Source: an uncultured virus (IMG/VR IMGVR_UViG_3300031890_000412)
Lineage: Duplodnaviria > Heunggongvirae > Uroviricota > Caudoviricetes
DNA length: 63,723 nt
Virus record (IMG/VR): IMGVR_UViG_3300031890_000412
Span: 62,001 to 125,723 of that record
Reading direction: 5' to 3' (one strand)
Shown here: piece by piece, positions 16,337-25,799 of the stretch
Position numbering within the stretch: the stretch's first letter is position 1
Layout: every line of letters begins with the position of its first letter
Program-made: the position numbers and the translations under genes
The notes under the pieces: model-generated
What the model was told of the DNA's origin: nothing
Databases searched by the model: none
What the model saw: only the letters and a program-made list of their open reading frames with translations

Positions 16337-18868
16337 CTACGGGCTCGCTACCCGTGTGATGATGGCGCCCAGGTAGTAGGCCACCTGATTATCGTTGAGC
16401 TTGAAGTCGTCGTCGTACACCGCGATCGGGTCAGGGTCCTCGGAGTTGGCGAACACCCGCACGCCGTGAACATCAGGATTGTCGGTAGTGGTGGTGATTT
16501 TGACGTCGTCCACGCCCAGGATTTGAGTGACCACGGTGCACAGCATGGTGAATTTGATCTGGGCCCCGAACGGACAGGCGGCGACGAAGCTCTGCAGCCG
16601 GGTGGCCAGTGCCGCATTGACCACGGCGGGGGAGTAACTGCGGTTGTATTCGATGGACAGGCAGGGCTGCAGGTAGACGTAGTCGGCTTGATGCACCAGC
16701 ACATCGGTGCACAGCTGTTTGGAGGAGGTCATCACCGAGTCGAGGACCTCGGGCACCTGGTTGTACACGTATTCTAAGGTCAGCTCGGTGCCGGTGGTCG
16801 GGCCGGTGGAATCCCACTCGATCCCCGAGGCCTCTAGGCGCGAGCCCTGCAGCTCTGTGCGGTCGGCCAGCACGTAGTAGTGGGTGCCCATGATGTAAAT
16901 CTCGGGACCCACCGTCAAGGTGGGTGGGAAGGTCACCAGCGGCACATTGCCCAGTCGGGTGTAACGGTTGGTGGCCGTCGGATTGCCCGGCGAACCCATC
17001 CGAATGAAGTTGCCGGTGTAGAGCGGGTCGTCGACCAGACTGGAAAGCGTGACGCCGCTGATGATGGTCTGCTCGGTGACACTGTAGGGCGCGATGCCAT
17101 CGCAGAAGATGTCGACTTTGTTGGTGATCCCGTTCACCGGGTCGTTGCGGCTGCAGGTGGGGGTGTATTGGAATTCCAGGTCGACGATGTCGTCCTGATT
17201 GATCACGCCGGTAGCCACCCGGGTGAACACCGGCGAGACGCCGGTGGACAGCATGTAGTCGTCGCCCTCGGTGTAGAACGTCTCGTCTTCCTGGCCCAGG
17301 TTGATGAAACAGCTGGTCATACCGGTGTTGTGGCTCAACAGCCCTTCTGCCACCAAGGTGTTGGTCGAAGTAGACAACGCCACCACATCCTGGACGCCAG
17401 CTTCTTCGACCGATATCACCTTGGCGAAGTTGCTGTTCTTGCCGACGATGCAGCTTCCGTACAGATCGCTCATGAACTTAGGGGCGAGTCGAGCGCTCTT
17501 GAAGATGCCGAAGAAGCGCAACCGCTCATCCATACCACCATGAAGCAAGATCTCCTGGCAGCAAGGGTCGGGTGATAGACCTGTGCTGCGGGTTCGGGCT
17601 ACGGAGTGCTTGAACTTATTCCTGGCCAGCAGGTCCACGATCTTGTCGAAAACCGGGCCGGGGTTCTGCAAGATCGTGACATTGTGCTTGTTGTAACTGG
17701 CCTCGCCGTCAGTAATCCCGGCCATCCAGCCAGCCTCGAAGGATAGATCCTCATCCCAGGAAGGAACGTATCTGATCTGGTCACCAGGCAAGAGATCCTT
17801 GGTTTTGACCCACTGAACATTCTGGGTGTTTCGGATGACACCGCGTCTCTTGCCCGTATGTCCGACACGTCGCCCAGAAACCAGCCACATGTGATCAGCG
17901 GTGGAGGTGACCGTGGTGCCGTTATCCATCGTCACCATAAGGGTGCGAGCAGGACAGATATAAGACTGCGTAACCCGAGACTGACGCCACTTTCTCTTAT
18001 TGCCGCGCCCCTCGACAGACTCGTCGAACCCGACGATCAGATCTCCAACCCGAAGAGAGCCCACGGGCACCCAGTCCAGGCCGTCGGTAAGGACTCGTGT
18101 CTCTGGGATGAGGCACCATACGTACTTGACGTCCTGGTCGACCGGCAGCGCTACCGTCGTCGAGGGCGCGGCGATCTGCGTGGTGTAGAGCACGGTGGGA
18201 CCGAAGACAATCACCCGGGTGACCGAGGTGTTTTGCTGGCATAGCGCGATGTACCAGTCGGCGGTCCCGGCCACATTGCGCAGGAAGGTGTCTTTGAAGC
18301 GCTGCCTTAACGCATCGTCGGTCTCGGGGTCGGTGCCGTCGGTCATGGCCTGCAGGTTGGTGACCGCCGAAGATCCGATCGCGGTGGACAGATTGGTGAC
18401 CGCGCCCGGCGGCACGTTGCCCGAGACACCGACCGTGGTGCAGGTGACCGGGACGTCCACCGAGTAGTCACCGGCCGGGAGCACCACCGACTGGTTGGCC
18501 GCGTAGTACAGCTGCACACTGGCCCCGGCCAGACCGGCGGTGGTGTAGAAGGTGGTGCCCTGCTGGATGGTGTAGTCGGTGGTGGAGGCCACCGTCAGGG
18601 TGACCCGCACGGTGCCCTGCGCATAGGTGCCCTGCAGCCTGCCATAACCGAACAGCCCGACGAACTGTTCCAGCTCCATCCCGGCCTTGGTGTCGACGTC
18701 CAGCAGCGAGCCCAGCAGATAGGTGTCGATGGAGGCGGCCGCGATCTGCTCGGCGCAGGCGTCGATGATCTTGCGCTCCGGCGTACCAATGGCACACGAC
18801 AGCGTCGGCATGGTCAGCGCCAGCTGGGCCAGAATCTGCTGGCTGATCTGGTCAGGTGTACCGGGCAT
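16337..18868 (-). CDS. Baseplate J-like protein (intein-containing)
   Basis: C...G..GNV, DG.DPETDDALRQR and GT motifs of Baseplate_J. Follows gp25. Confidence 0.9.
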   Translation of the reverse strand: MPGTPDQISQQILAQLALTMPTLSCAIGTPERKIIDACAEQIAAASIDTYLLGSLLDVDTKAGMELEQFVGLFGYGRLQGTYAQGTVRVTLTVASTTDYTIQQGTTFYTTAGLAGASVQLYYAANQSVVLPAGDYSVDVPVTCTTVGVSGNVPPGAVTNLSTAIGSSAVTNLQAMTDGTDPETDDALRQRFKDTFLRNVAGTADWYIALCQQNTSVTRVIVFGPTVLYTTQIAAPSTTVALPVDQDVKYVWCLIPETRVLTDGLDWVPVGSLRVGDLIVGFDESVEGRGNKRKWRQSRVTQSYICPARTLMVTMDNGTTVTSTADHMWLVSGRRVGHTGKRRGVIRNTQNVQWVKTKDLLPGDQIRYVPSWDEDLSFEAGWMAGITDGEASYNKHNVTILQNPGPVFDKIVDLLARNKFKHSVARTRSTGLSPDPCCQEILLHGGMDERLRFFGIFKSARLAPKFMSDLYGSCIVGKNSNFAKVISVEEAGVQDVVALSTSTNTLVAEGLLSHNTGMTSCFINLGQEDETFYTEGDDYMLSTGVSPVFTRVATGVINQDDIVDLEFQYTPTCSRNDPVNGITNKVDIFCDGIAPYSVTEQTIISGVTLSSLVDDPLYTGNFIRMGSPGNPTATNRYTRLGNVPLVTFPPTLTVGPEIYIMGTHYYVLADRTELQGSRLEASGIEWDSTGPTTGTELTLEYVYNQVPEVLDSVMTSSKQLCTDVLVHQADYVYLQPCLSIEYNRSYSPAVVNAALATRLQSFVAACPFGAQIKFTMLCTVVTQILGVDDVKITTTTDNPDVHGVRVFANSEDPDPIAVYDDDFKLNDNQVAYYLGAIITRVASP
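17327..18115 (-). mobile_element. Intein (263 aa) with a LAGLIDADG-like segment
   Basis: Block A CLIPETRVLT, block B TADHMW, block C WMAGITDGEAS, blocks F/G VVALST..LVAEGLLSHN, followed by extein Thr. Codon usage differs from the flanks. Confidence 0.92.
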
Positions 18869-18880
18869 GGACGGCGCCCC

Positions 18881-19297
18881 TTAGACGCTTGACGTTGTGC
18901 TGGTGGTTGCCGTGGCCCCGCTGCCGGTAGTGACCGACACCGCCACGCTGACGGTGTCATACGTGATGCCTACATCAACGGCGGTTAGTGCGTTGAGCAG
19001 CTCCTCGAAGCTGAAAATCTGTGGGTTGTTCTGTAAGGCCAGATTCTGAATGGCCTGATAATTGCCCAGCACCCGGTCGACTTCGCCCTGGACCCGCGAC
19101 TGCGTGGTCAAATCGATCACCCCGCCGATGAAATTCGGCAGCACCGAACCGTAGCGGGGATGAAATCGGTCGACTCCCAGCCGCTCGGTCAACCACAGCG
19201 ACATGTCCTGTTCGAGTTTCTCGATGCCCGAGACGATGGCCAGGCTGGATCCCCGTTGCACCAGGTCCCCATTTTGAAGTGCGAGGCTGAAGGTCAA
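18881..19297 (-). CDS. gp25/GPW-like baseplate wedge protein
   Basis: NGDL..G.EKL.Q..L.E.LG.DRFHPRYGS.L motif. Confidence 0.88.
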   Translation of the reverse strand: MTFSLALQNGDLVQRGSSLAIVSGIEKLEQDMSLWLTERLGVDRFHPRYGSVLPNFIGGVIDLTTQSRVQGEVDRVLGNYQAIQNLALQNNPQIFSFEELLNALTAVDVGITYDTVSVAVSVTTGSGATATTSTTSSV

Positions 19298-19307
19298 GGC
19301 GAAGCCT

Positions 19308-19320
19308 CCTCTCTCCCTTT
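19308..19320 (-). promoter_or_regulatory. Candidate late-promoter motif (AAAGGGAGAGAGG)
   Basis: Identical 13-mer at 43359-43371; variants at 40498, 51390 and 52854. All are intergenic and upstream of virion genes. Confidence 0.45.
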
Positions 19321-19360
19321 AGGTGCGGAAATGCCCCCGACGACAGGGCCGGGCAGAGGG

Positions 19361-19447
19361 TTACGCGACTCCCGTCACGTCTGCGACCAGTCCGTTGCCC
19401 GCGATGTTGGTGGGGTTGACCGGATTGAGTCCGAGTTGGGCTTCCAT
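19361..19447 (-). pseudogene. 28-aa internally deleted paralogue of the upstream fibre gene
   Basis: MEAQLGLNPVN...GVA matches both termini of 19447..20265. Confidence 0.6.
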
Positions 19448-20265
19448 CAAGCCACCCCGCTCCAACTGCGCAGGCGCAGAATGAGGTTGTATCCCGCGAG
19501 GTTGCAGTAGTAGACGCCGATCTGAGTGGGAGTTAAATACGCCGTGCGAGCTTCTTGGTGATAGGTGTGCCAATCAATCCCGTTGATCGACCACTCGAAG
19601 TAGTGAGTGGTAGTGCCGTCGTATCGGTACCGCCACCACTGAGGCATAGCCCCAATCCAGTACAACGGTGGGAACCAGGTTTCCATCGCCGCGCTGTAAG
19701 TGCTCGTATTCGCCCATTGATCGCCTGTAACGGACTGCGACAGGGCATACCAGGGCGCGGCGAACGAAGTGGCGTTATATAGGCCTGGCCCAAATGTTTC
19801 CAGCTTCGTTCCGTCCGAGATCACCAATCCGCAGCGCCACCAGTTACCCGCTGAAGGAAGAACAGTGGTATTAGCAAGATCGACATAGAAATTGGTCACT
19901 AGGGAGAACGCGCCCACTGGGTATGCGCGGTAAACGTATCCAATGCTCATACTGCGACTAGGCGCAGTGAGCACCATCCCGTCTTTATCCGAAACCCATG
20001 TCGCTGTACCCATATTGACCGATGTCCAGCCGGTCGTCGGAGGGTCGGCCATCGGCGGGCCGCCGACCCCGCCAAGGCGGATCTTGACCCAGCTGGTGCC
20101 GTTGTCCTGGTAGAGCGCATCGCAATCGGTGCAGTAGTAGACCCGGTTGGGAATCCCCGCCGCCGGTCGTGAGGCGTAGGTTCCCGAAAGGCTCAATCCT
20201 TCGGCCCAACCGACGGTGGCCTGATCGGTCAGGTTGACCGGGTTGAGTCCGAGCTGCGCTTCCAT
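19447..20265 (-). CDS. Minor tail/receptor-binding protein (lectin-like beta-sandwich)
   Basis: GTYASRPAAG..YYCTD shoulder motif and an aromatic-rich C-terminal domain (WWRYRYDGT..FEWS.NG.DW). Confidence 0.7.
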   Translation of the reverse strand: MEAQLGLNPVNLTDQATVGWAEGLSLSGTYASRPAAGIPNRVYYCTDCDALYQDNGTSWVKIRLGGVGGPPMADPPTTGWTSVNMGTATWVSDKDGMVLTAPSRSMSIGYVYRAYPVGAFSLVTNFYVDLANTTVLPSAGNWWRCGLVISDGTKLETFGPGLYNATSFAAPWYALSQSVTGDQWANTSTYSAAMETWFPPLYWIGAMPQWWRYRYDGTTTHYFEWSINGIDWHTYHQEARTAYLTPTQIGVYYCNLAGYNLILRLRSWSGVA

Positions 20266-20272
20266 GCTGGTC

Positions 20273-21508
20273 CTACGTCTTGATCAGGTAGTTGAGGACG
20301 ATGGTCGGCTGGACAACATTGTGCGTTCCACCGCCGCCCGCGTAGATCGCCTGGTACTGGCCGTTGAAGTTAGAGCCACCAGCGAGACCCGACGCTGATA
20401 TAAACCCATTCAAAAAGGAACTGTGGTGGTGCGACGGCATCTCTCCGTATGACAAGGTGTGAACTTGTTCGCCGCCAGCAGCGCCGAGGGTGGCACCTGC
20501 TGCGCCAAAAGGTGAACCGCCCACCCATAGCTGAAATTCTGTCGCCGCCACATAGTTGGTACCGGGAGGGGTGACTTGGAGGTAGCGCCAGGTTTGGGCA
20601 ACCGGCAACCGGACCAGACCGTTGGTGGAGCCGGTTTGGCCGTAGCCCGGAAGGGTCATCACGGTCGTCCAGGCGGTGCCGTTGTTGCTGCCTTGTAGCA
20701 AAAAGCTGTCGAGGTATTGCGGTCCGAAACCGCCAGGGATATTGGTCAGGTAATCCCAGCCCAGGACAACGGAGTCGATGTATTGCGACGAGCCGAGGTC
20801 GGCGCGGATGTAGCTACCCGCCGCCGAAGTGGTGGCAGCTTGCTTGACGGTCGCACCGGAGGCGCTACCATCGTTCATTCCGGCATAGTTGGCCGCTGTC
20901 GTCCCTGGATACACCGATGATTGCGAGTAGACCGCGTTGGTGGCTTGTATTCCCTGAGTCAGTCGGGACGCGGCGGTGCCGCCCATGTTGTCTTTGCCCG
21001 CCACTGCGCGCCCCCGCATGTCAGGGACGTTGAAGGTGGTGTTGCCGTCGCCGTAACCGTGCGGCGAGTAAACCAGAGAATGGGTGCCGCTCTGGCTGCC
21101 CGAAGTGGCGATTGTGACACCGGACACCGCGTTGGCGAAACTGGTCGCGATGCTGAACGTGTTGGCGTCGATGTAGATGACGTAATACGTTGTGCCAGCT
21201 GTGATTCCGGTAGGCAATGCCCCTGTGGTGCTGAAGATAACCGGATCGCCTGTAACCAAACCATGACCGGTGAGAGTGACCACAGCCGGGGTAGCAATCG
21301 TGATGATGGGGTTACCCAGCGTCGGGTTGAGCGTGGTGAACAGGTTGGCGTAGGTGATCCGCGAGACCGCCTGCCCGTAGCACAGCAGCCAGCCAGCGGG
21401 CACCACCAATGATGATCCGGCGAACGGCATCACGGCTCCGGTGAAGATCCCCACCGTCATGGCGTCGGCGGGCCGAGAAGGAGCGGTGCCTAGTTGTGGT
21501 TGTGCCAT
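20273..21508 (-). CDS. Tail collar-domain fibre protein with inserted domains
   Basis: GAVMPFAG..PAGWLLC.GQAVSR..Y..LF, GDG.TTFNVPDMRGR, GGE..HTL..EMPSH and QP...LNYLIK motifs. Confidence 0.85.
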   Translation of the reverse strand: MAQPQLGTAPSRPADAMTVGIFTGAVMPFAGSSLVVPAGWLLCYGQAVSRITYANLFTTLNPTLGNPIITIATPAVVTLTGHGLVTGDPVIFSTTGALPTGITAGTTYYVIYIDANTFSIATSFANAVSGVTIATSGSQSGTHSLVYSPHGYGDGNTTFNVPDMRGRAVAGKDNMGGTAASRLTQGIQATNAVYSQSSVYPGTTAANYAGMNDGSASGATVKQAATTSAAGSYIRADLGSSQYIDSVVLGWDYLTNIPGGFGPQYLDSFLLQGSNNGTAWTTVMTLPGYGQTGSTNGLVRLPVAQTWRYLQVTPPGTNYVAATEFQLWVGGSPFGAAGATLGAAGGEQVHTLSYGEMPSHHHSSFLNGFISASGLAGGSNFNGQYQAIYAGGGGTHNVVQPTIVLNYLIKT

Positions 21509-21515
21509 CAGACTC

Positions 21516-23087
21516 CTACAGCGGGATCACGGCGATGCGGCGATACTGAAAGCTGGCGGTCCCACCGAAAACGGCGTATTTCATCTTGAAAGTCGTCGCA
21601 CCCTGCGTTAAACCTGTTAAAAGAAACGGGGCCCCAAAACTGATTGGTACATTAACGCCCGTCGCCGCGTATTGGAGGGCCTGGTTAACAATTGCCGTCG
21701 CGGTGTTTGCACCCGACAACGCAAAACCACAATATGCATAGTCACCAGTGACGTTGTTAGTTAACATAGCATACAATAAAACCAGCGCCATCCCGCTCGC
21801 CCCGATATTGACGGTGACCTGATCGGTGGTTGTAGCCAAATCCGCAAAGGACCCTGACGTGGTGCTTTCCGAGGTCGCCACATATGCGCTCTGCGCGTTC
21901 TGTAGCGGTGTCATAGTCGCCAGGGCCGCTGCCGCACTCGCGGCAGTGAGTAAGTTCGACCCCGCCGTTGTCGCCCCAATTGCCGTCTGCGCTGCGCCCG
22001 TACTCGCCGCTGTGAGCAATGCTCTGCCGATACTGGTGGCGTCGGTGATCGCGGTGGAGGACAGGCCCGAGATGATGCCGCCCTGCACGACCACCACCAG
22101 GCTATTGAGCGCGGGTGCGGTCTGAAAGGTCAGGGTGAGGCTGTTCACCGAAGTCAGCACCCGGTCGGCGCTGCACATGGCGAAGGTGCTGGCGTTGTAC
22201 AGGTTCACCGTCACCGCACGGGTGCCCAGGTTGTGGTTGATGGTGAACACCGTGGTCGAGCCATCCCCGATGGTCTGGGTGTAGACCGAGGTGTTGGACG
22301 GCATTGCCCCACCCAGCACCACCACCGCGTAGGCGTTGGTCGCGGGTGCGGTGGCGAACGTCAGGGTGACGTTGTTGAGATCGGTGAGGAACTTGTCGCA
22401 GTTGACGACCTCGTAGGTAGCGGCGTTATAGACCACTACGGTGACGTTGCGGGTGCCCAGATTGTGATTGATGGTGAACGTGGTCAGCGACCCGTTGCCG
22501 ATGGTGGCGGTGTAGACCGCAGGCGACACGTATTGCCAGGACTGATCGCCGCGTAGGAAGCTGCCGCTGTTGGCTGCACCAGTGCCCAATTGGGCCGTGG
22601 GTACGACGCTGGTGGCACCCAACCCGGCGTAACCGTTGGCCGCACCCTTGTGGGAGAGCACCTCGATGCCCGCACCGGCCAGCGTATTAGCCCCCGTGCC
22701 GCCGCTGGCCACCGGGAGCAGACCGACGCAGTTGTTGGCCAGGTCCACCGACAGCGCATTCCAATAGGTGCCGTCGTTGACCACCATCAGCGATCCCCCG
22801 GCGGCGATGGTCATCGACACGATTGATGCACCCAGCCAGATATGGTCGGCCCCGACTGCGGTGAGCGTGATGGCCGCCGACCCACGGTTCTCCAAGATGT
22901 GCATAACGCCGACGTTCCCGGCAACCGGCAGCAGTGACCACGTGGTCGGCGCGCTGCCGGTGAAGACATAGCAAGAGTTCGCCGCCGTCAACGTCAGCGT
23001 GGCAGCCGAGCTGGTGACGACGGTCTCTGCGATCCAATCTCGTTGGACAGGGAGCGCCTGTTCTCGGAGGTTCAGTTTGCTGGTCAT
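21516..23087 (-). CDS. Minor tail/fibre protein
   Basis: KGAANGYAGL motif and two TIG.GS.T.FTINHNLGTR repeats. C-terminal domain shared with 26651..31633. Confidence 0.8.
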   Translation of the reverse strand: MTSKLNLREQALPVQRDWIAETVVTSSAATLTLTAANSCYVFTGSAPTTWSLLPVAGNVGVMHILENRGSAAITLTAVGADHIWLGASIVSMTIAAGGSLMVVNDGTYWNALSVDLANNCVGLLPVASGGTGANTLAGAGIEVLSHKGAANGYAGLGATSVVPTAQLGTGAANSGSFLRGDQSWQYVSPAVYTATIGNGSLTTFTINHNLGTRNVTVVVYNAATYEVVNCDKFLTDLNNVTLTFATAPATNAYAVVVLGGAMPSNTSVYTQTIGDGSTTVFTINHNLGTRAVTVNLYNASTFAMCSADRVLTSVNSLTLTFQTAPALNSLVVVVQGGIISGLSSTAITDATSIGRALLTAASTGAAQTAIGATTAGSNLLTAASAAAALATMTPLQNAQSAYVATSESTTSGSFADLATTTDQVTVNIGASGMALVLLYAMLTNNVTGDYAYCGFALSGANTATAIVNQALQYAATGVNVPISFGAPFLLTGLTQGATTFKMKYAVFGGTASFQYRRIAVIPL

Positions 23088-23090
23088 CTA

Positions 23091-24158
23091 TCACCGCCAG
23101 TAGTAAGCGCGGAGCTTGTCGGTGGCCGCTGGGGGTGCGGTCATTGTGATAGTGGTGCCGGAACGGCTGTAGTCGTCGGCGGGGTCGAGCAGCTGACCGT
23201 TCTGATAGAGCATCAGCGGGTTGGTGACGTTCGTGTTCGGGGTGTTGGCCAGCGTGAACGAGGTCAGGACACCATTGGGTGTGCCACCCGGTGTCTCGTT
23301 GGCCACCCAGTTGGCCGGTGCCAGGTAGTCGGTTCCGGTCACGGCGGCGCTGATGGCGGTCGCGTTGCCTTTCAGCATCCCGGTGACGGTGGTGGTCAGC
23401 GTGACAATGGGCGTGGTCGCCGGGTTGGCGACAGTCCCAAAGAATCCGTTGGCGTTAGCAATTGACAGCGTGGTCACGGTACCGCCCGCCGAGATCAGCT
23501 TGCCCCACTGCATGTTGGTGGTGCCGTAGATGAACGGGGTGTCGGGGGTGGCGGGGTCGGTGACGATGGCACCCACGCTCTTGTTCGCCGTCCCGGCCTC
23601 GGCGTAACAGATCTTGCCCGCCGGGTGCACCGTGCCCGACAGCGGCGTGACGCTGGTGGAGTCGCGCACCATGGTCAGGTTGGGACTCACCCCGGTCAGG
23701 GTGTAGGTTCCGTTGGCCGGTACGAGAGTGCCCGCACTGCTGACGTCGGGCACCCCGGCCCCGCTGGCAGCCGGTGCGTTCTTTACCAGGATGCGGTCCC
23801 CCACGGTGAAACCCGACACGCCGTCGAGCGTGGTGCCGCTGATCTGGGTGACGTTGCCGCCGGAGATGGTGTAGGTCTCCGCCCCCGTGGTCATGGCCTG
23901 CACCGAGAGCAGCGGTGAAATCCCCATGAGCAGTGCCTGGACCTGGGCCAGGGTGACCGCGTCGTTGGGGCTGGTGCCTTGGGCGAGGTTGGTGGCCTTG
24001 TTTCCGCCGAAGCTCTGTGCCCCGGTGTAGGCGACGGTGCCGTCGGCGGCGATGACGGCCTTGATCAGCTTGCTCAGCGCAATGGCAGCCGACGGGGAGA
24101 TCTGCCCGTCGGTGATGGTCCCCGACTGGATCTGCTCCACGCCATTGATCTGAGCCAT
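23091..24158 (-). CDS. Minor tail protein
   Basis: NLA.GT..NDAVT.AQ, GDRILVK, ETP.G..NG...FTL and NG.L.....DY fibre motifs. Confidence 0.8.
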   Translation of the reverse strand: MAQINGVEQIQSGTITDGQISPSAAIALSKLIKAVIAADGTVAYTGAQSFGGNKATNLAQGTSPNDAVTLAQVQALLMGISPLLSVQAMTTGAETYTISGGNVTQISGTTLDGVSGFTVGDRILVKNAPAASGAGVPDVSSAGTLVPANGTYTLTGVSPNLTMVRDSTSVTPLSGTVHPAGKICYAEAGTANKSVGAIVTDPATPDTPFIYGTTNMQWGKLISAGGTVTTLSIANANGFFGTVANPATTPIVTLTTTVTGMLKGNATAISAAVTGTDYLAPANWVANETPGGTPNGVLTSFTLANTPNTNVTNPLMLYQNGQLLDPADDYSRSGTTITMTAPPAATDKLRAYYWR

Positions 24159-24168
24159 GACTGAATCC

Positions 24169-24315
24169 CTATGTCGCCATGAAGAACTGACTAAGCCGGG
24201 ACCGGGAAGGTGTTGCCGCCGCCCGAGACGGCGGGCGTGGCTTCCACAGCACGGCTTGCGCCGGGTTGACCGGCGGTCGGCCCGGTGGCAGCACGGGATA
24301 GATCGGCTGGGTCAT
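24169..24315 (-). CDS. Small Pro-rich protein, 48 aa
   Basis: Manual ORF MTQPIYPVLPPGRPP... It fills the gap exactly and starts right after the upstream TAG. Confidence 0.5.
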   Translation of the reverse strand: MTQPIYPVLPPGRPPVNPAQAVLWKPRPPSRAAATPSRSRLSQFFMAT

Positions 24316-24909
24316 CTAGTTCAGTCCGTAAACCTCAAGCTGCTGCAGCTGCACCGCGTTGGCGGCGTTCGACGCCGAGCAGGCGAAGTTGACATTGACG
24401 AAGTTGTCGATTGACCAGTCGAGGTTGGCGATCAGACCCGGCGATGCGGCTCCGGCGTAGAGCGGATAGAAGTACGGTGCCGCCAGACCACCGCACAGGA
24501 TGCGACCGATGCCGCGCAGCGAGGAGTTTGCCCCGGCGGGTCCGATGGCGGTCATGAAAAACTCACCGACGATCTCGAACATCTGGCTGGCCGCATTCGA
24601 GATGGTGGTCAATCCCACCGAACTGCCCAGCACTATCGGCCCCGTCGTGGCCTGCGAGGCACCCAACCGAATGGTCGGAGTGAATGTCGGGGTGCCGGTG
24701 GAACTCAGGATGCCTCGCGCAATGACGCCGACACCTTTGCCGACCGACTGCGCGTTGTTGGGCTGCCAGTATTTGGCGGGCACCACCGCTTGCACACCCA
24801 TGGTGGCGGTGTCGTTGATGGTGACTTCCGACGTGAACGTGTTCTTGTTCACGCCCACCAAGACATTGGAGTAGAGCAGCTCCTTGACGGTTCCGGTGTA
24901 AAACGACAT
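24316..24909 (-). CDS. Minor tail protein
   Basis: 197-aa beta-rich ORF with RBS AAGGAGAGG, in the tail cluster. Confidence 0.75.
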   Translation of the reverse strand: MSFYTGTVKELLYSNVLVGVNKNTFTSEVTINDTATMGVQAVVPAKYWQPNNAQSVGKGVGVIARGILSSTGTPTFTPTIRLGASQATTGPIVLGSSVGLTTISNAASQMFEIVGEFFMTAIGPAGANSSLRGIGRILCGGLAAPYFYPLYAGAASPGLIANLDWSIDNFVNVNFACSASNAANAVQLQQLEVYGLN

Positions 24910-24924
24910 GTCCTCTCCTTCGTG

Positions 24925-25788
24925 CTAGACGTATCCGACGGTGTCCACAGCGGCCAGTGCCCATATCGAGTAGTCGGCGTCGTAGACGAATTGCATGGTC
25001 ATCTTCTGTCCAGTTGGCGTGACACCGGGCAACCCGCCGATGACACCGAACGGGACGAATTTGGTGGTGTCCCAGATCAGTGGTTGGCTGGCACCGTTGT
25101 CGGTGACGCACACCGTGATCTGGTCGCGGTCGGCGGGGGTGCCACCGGAGGCGGTGATGGACATCGACTGCGCCAGGCCGGTCACCTTGCACACGTCGAA
25201 GGTGTTGGTGTTCAGCGTCAGTGTGGCCGGGTTGACGACTGTGGTGACCCGCTTCTTCTGCAGCGGCTGGGTGAAGGGCAGTGCGGTGGTGCCCAGCACC
25301 GGCGAGCCGGTGGCGGTGCAGACCCACAGTGTCGCCGCGAAGACCGAGCCGCCACCGCCGACGACCACCAACGAGCCGGGGAAGTCGGCGGCACTGTTCA
25401 TCGCTGGGACCCGAGTCAGGATGGTGGCCACGCCGGTCGACCCGGCGGTGGTGACCTGGAACAGCCCGTTCTGCGCCGGTGCCGCCTGGGAGACCAGCAG
25501 CACGGTGTCGAACGCCGCCAAGGTATAACCGTCGATGACGGTGGCCCCGGTGGCGGTGAAGGTGAAGGTGGCCCCGACCCCGACCCCGCTGCCCCCAGGC
25601 TGGTTGTAGGTCCCGGTCTGTGCGGTGGTGGCCACCACGGTGGCCACCCCTTTGCCGGGGAGAGCGTTGACCGCGTTCTCGACGTTGTTCTGGTCGGTTC
25701 CGTTGTACTGGAACTGGCCGCCACCCAGACTGGTCCCATGTCCGTTGGGGCCACCGCCGGTGGCGTTCCAGTTGGCAGGTAGTCGCAT
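24925..25788 (-). CDS. Minor tail protein
   Basis: IDG..L...D.VLL..Q....QNG and LTR motifs of fibre proteins. Confidence 0.75.
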   Translation of the reverse strand: MRLPANWNATGGGPNGHGTSLGGGQFQYNGTDQNNVENAVNALPGKGVATVVATTAQTGTYNQPGGSGVGVGATFTFTATGATVIDGYTLAAFDTVLLVSQAAPAQNGLFQVTTAGSTGVATILTRVPAMNSAADFPGSLVVVGGGGSVFAATLWVCTATGSPVLGTTALPFTQPLQKKRVTTVVNPATLTLNTNTFDVCKVTGLAQSMSITASGGTPADRDQITVCVTDNGASQPLIWDTTKFVPFGVIGGLPGVTPTGQKMTMQFVYDADYSIWALAAVDTVGYV

Positions 25789-25799
25789 CGGCTTCTCTT

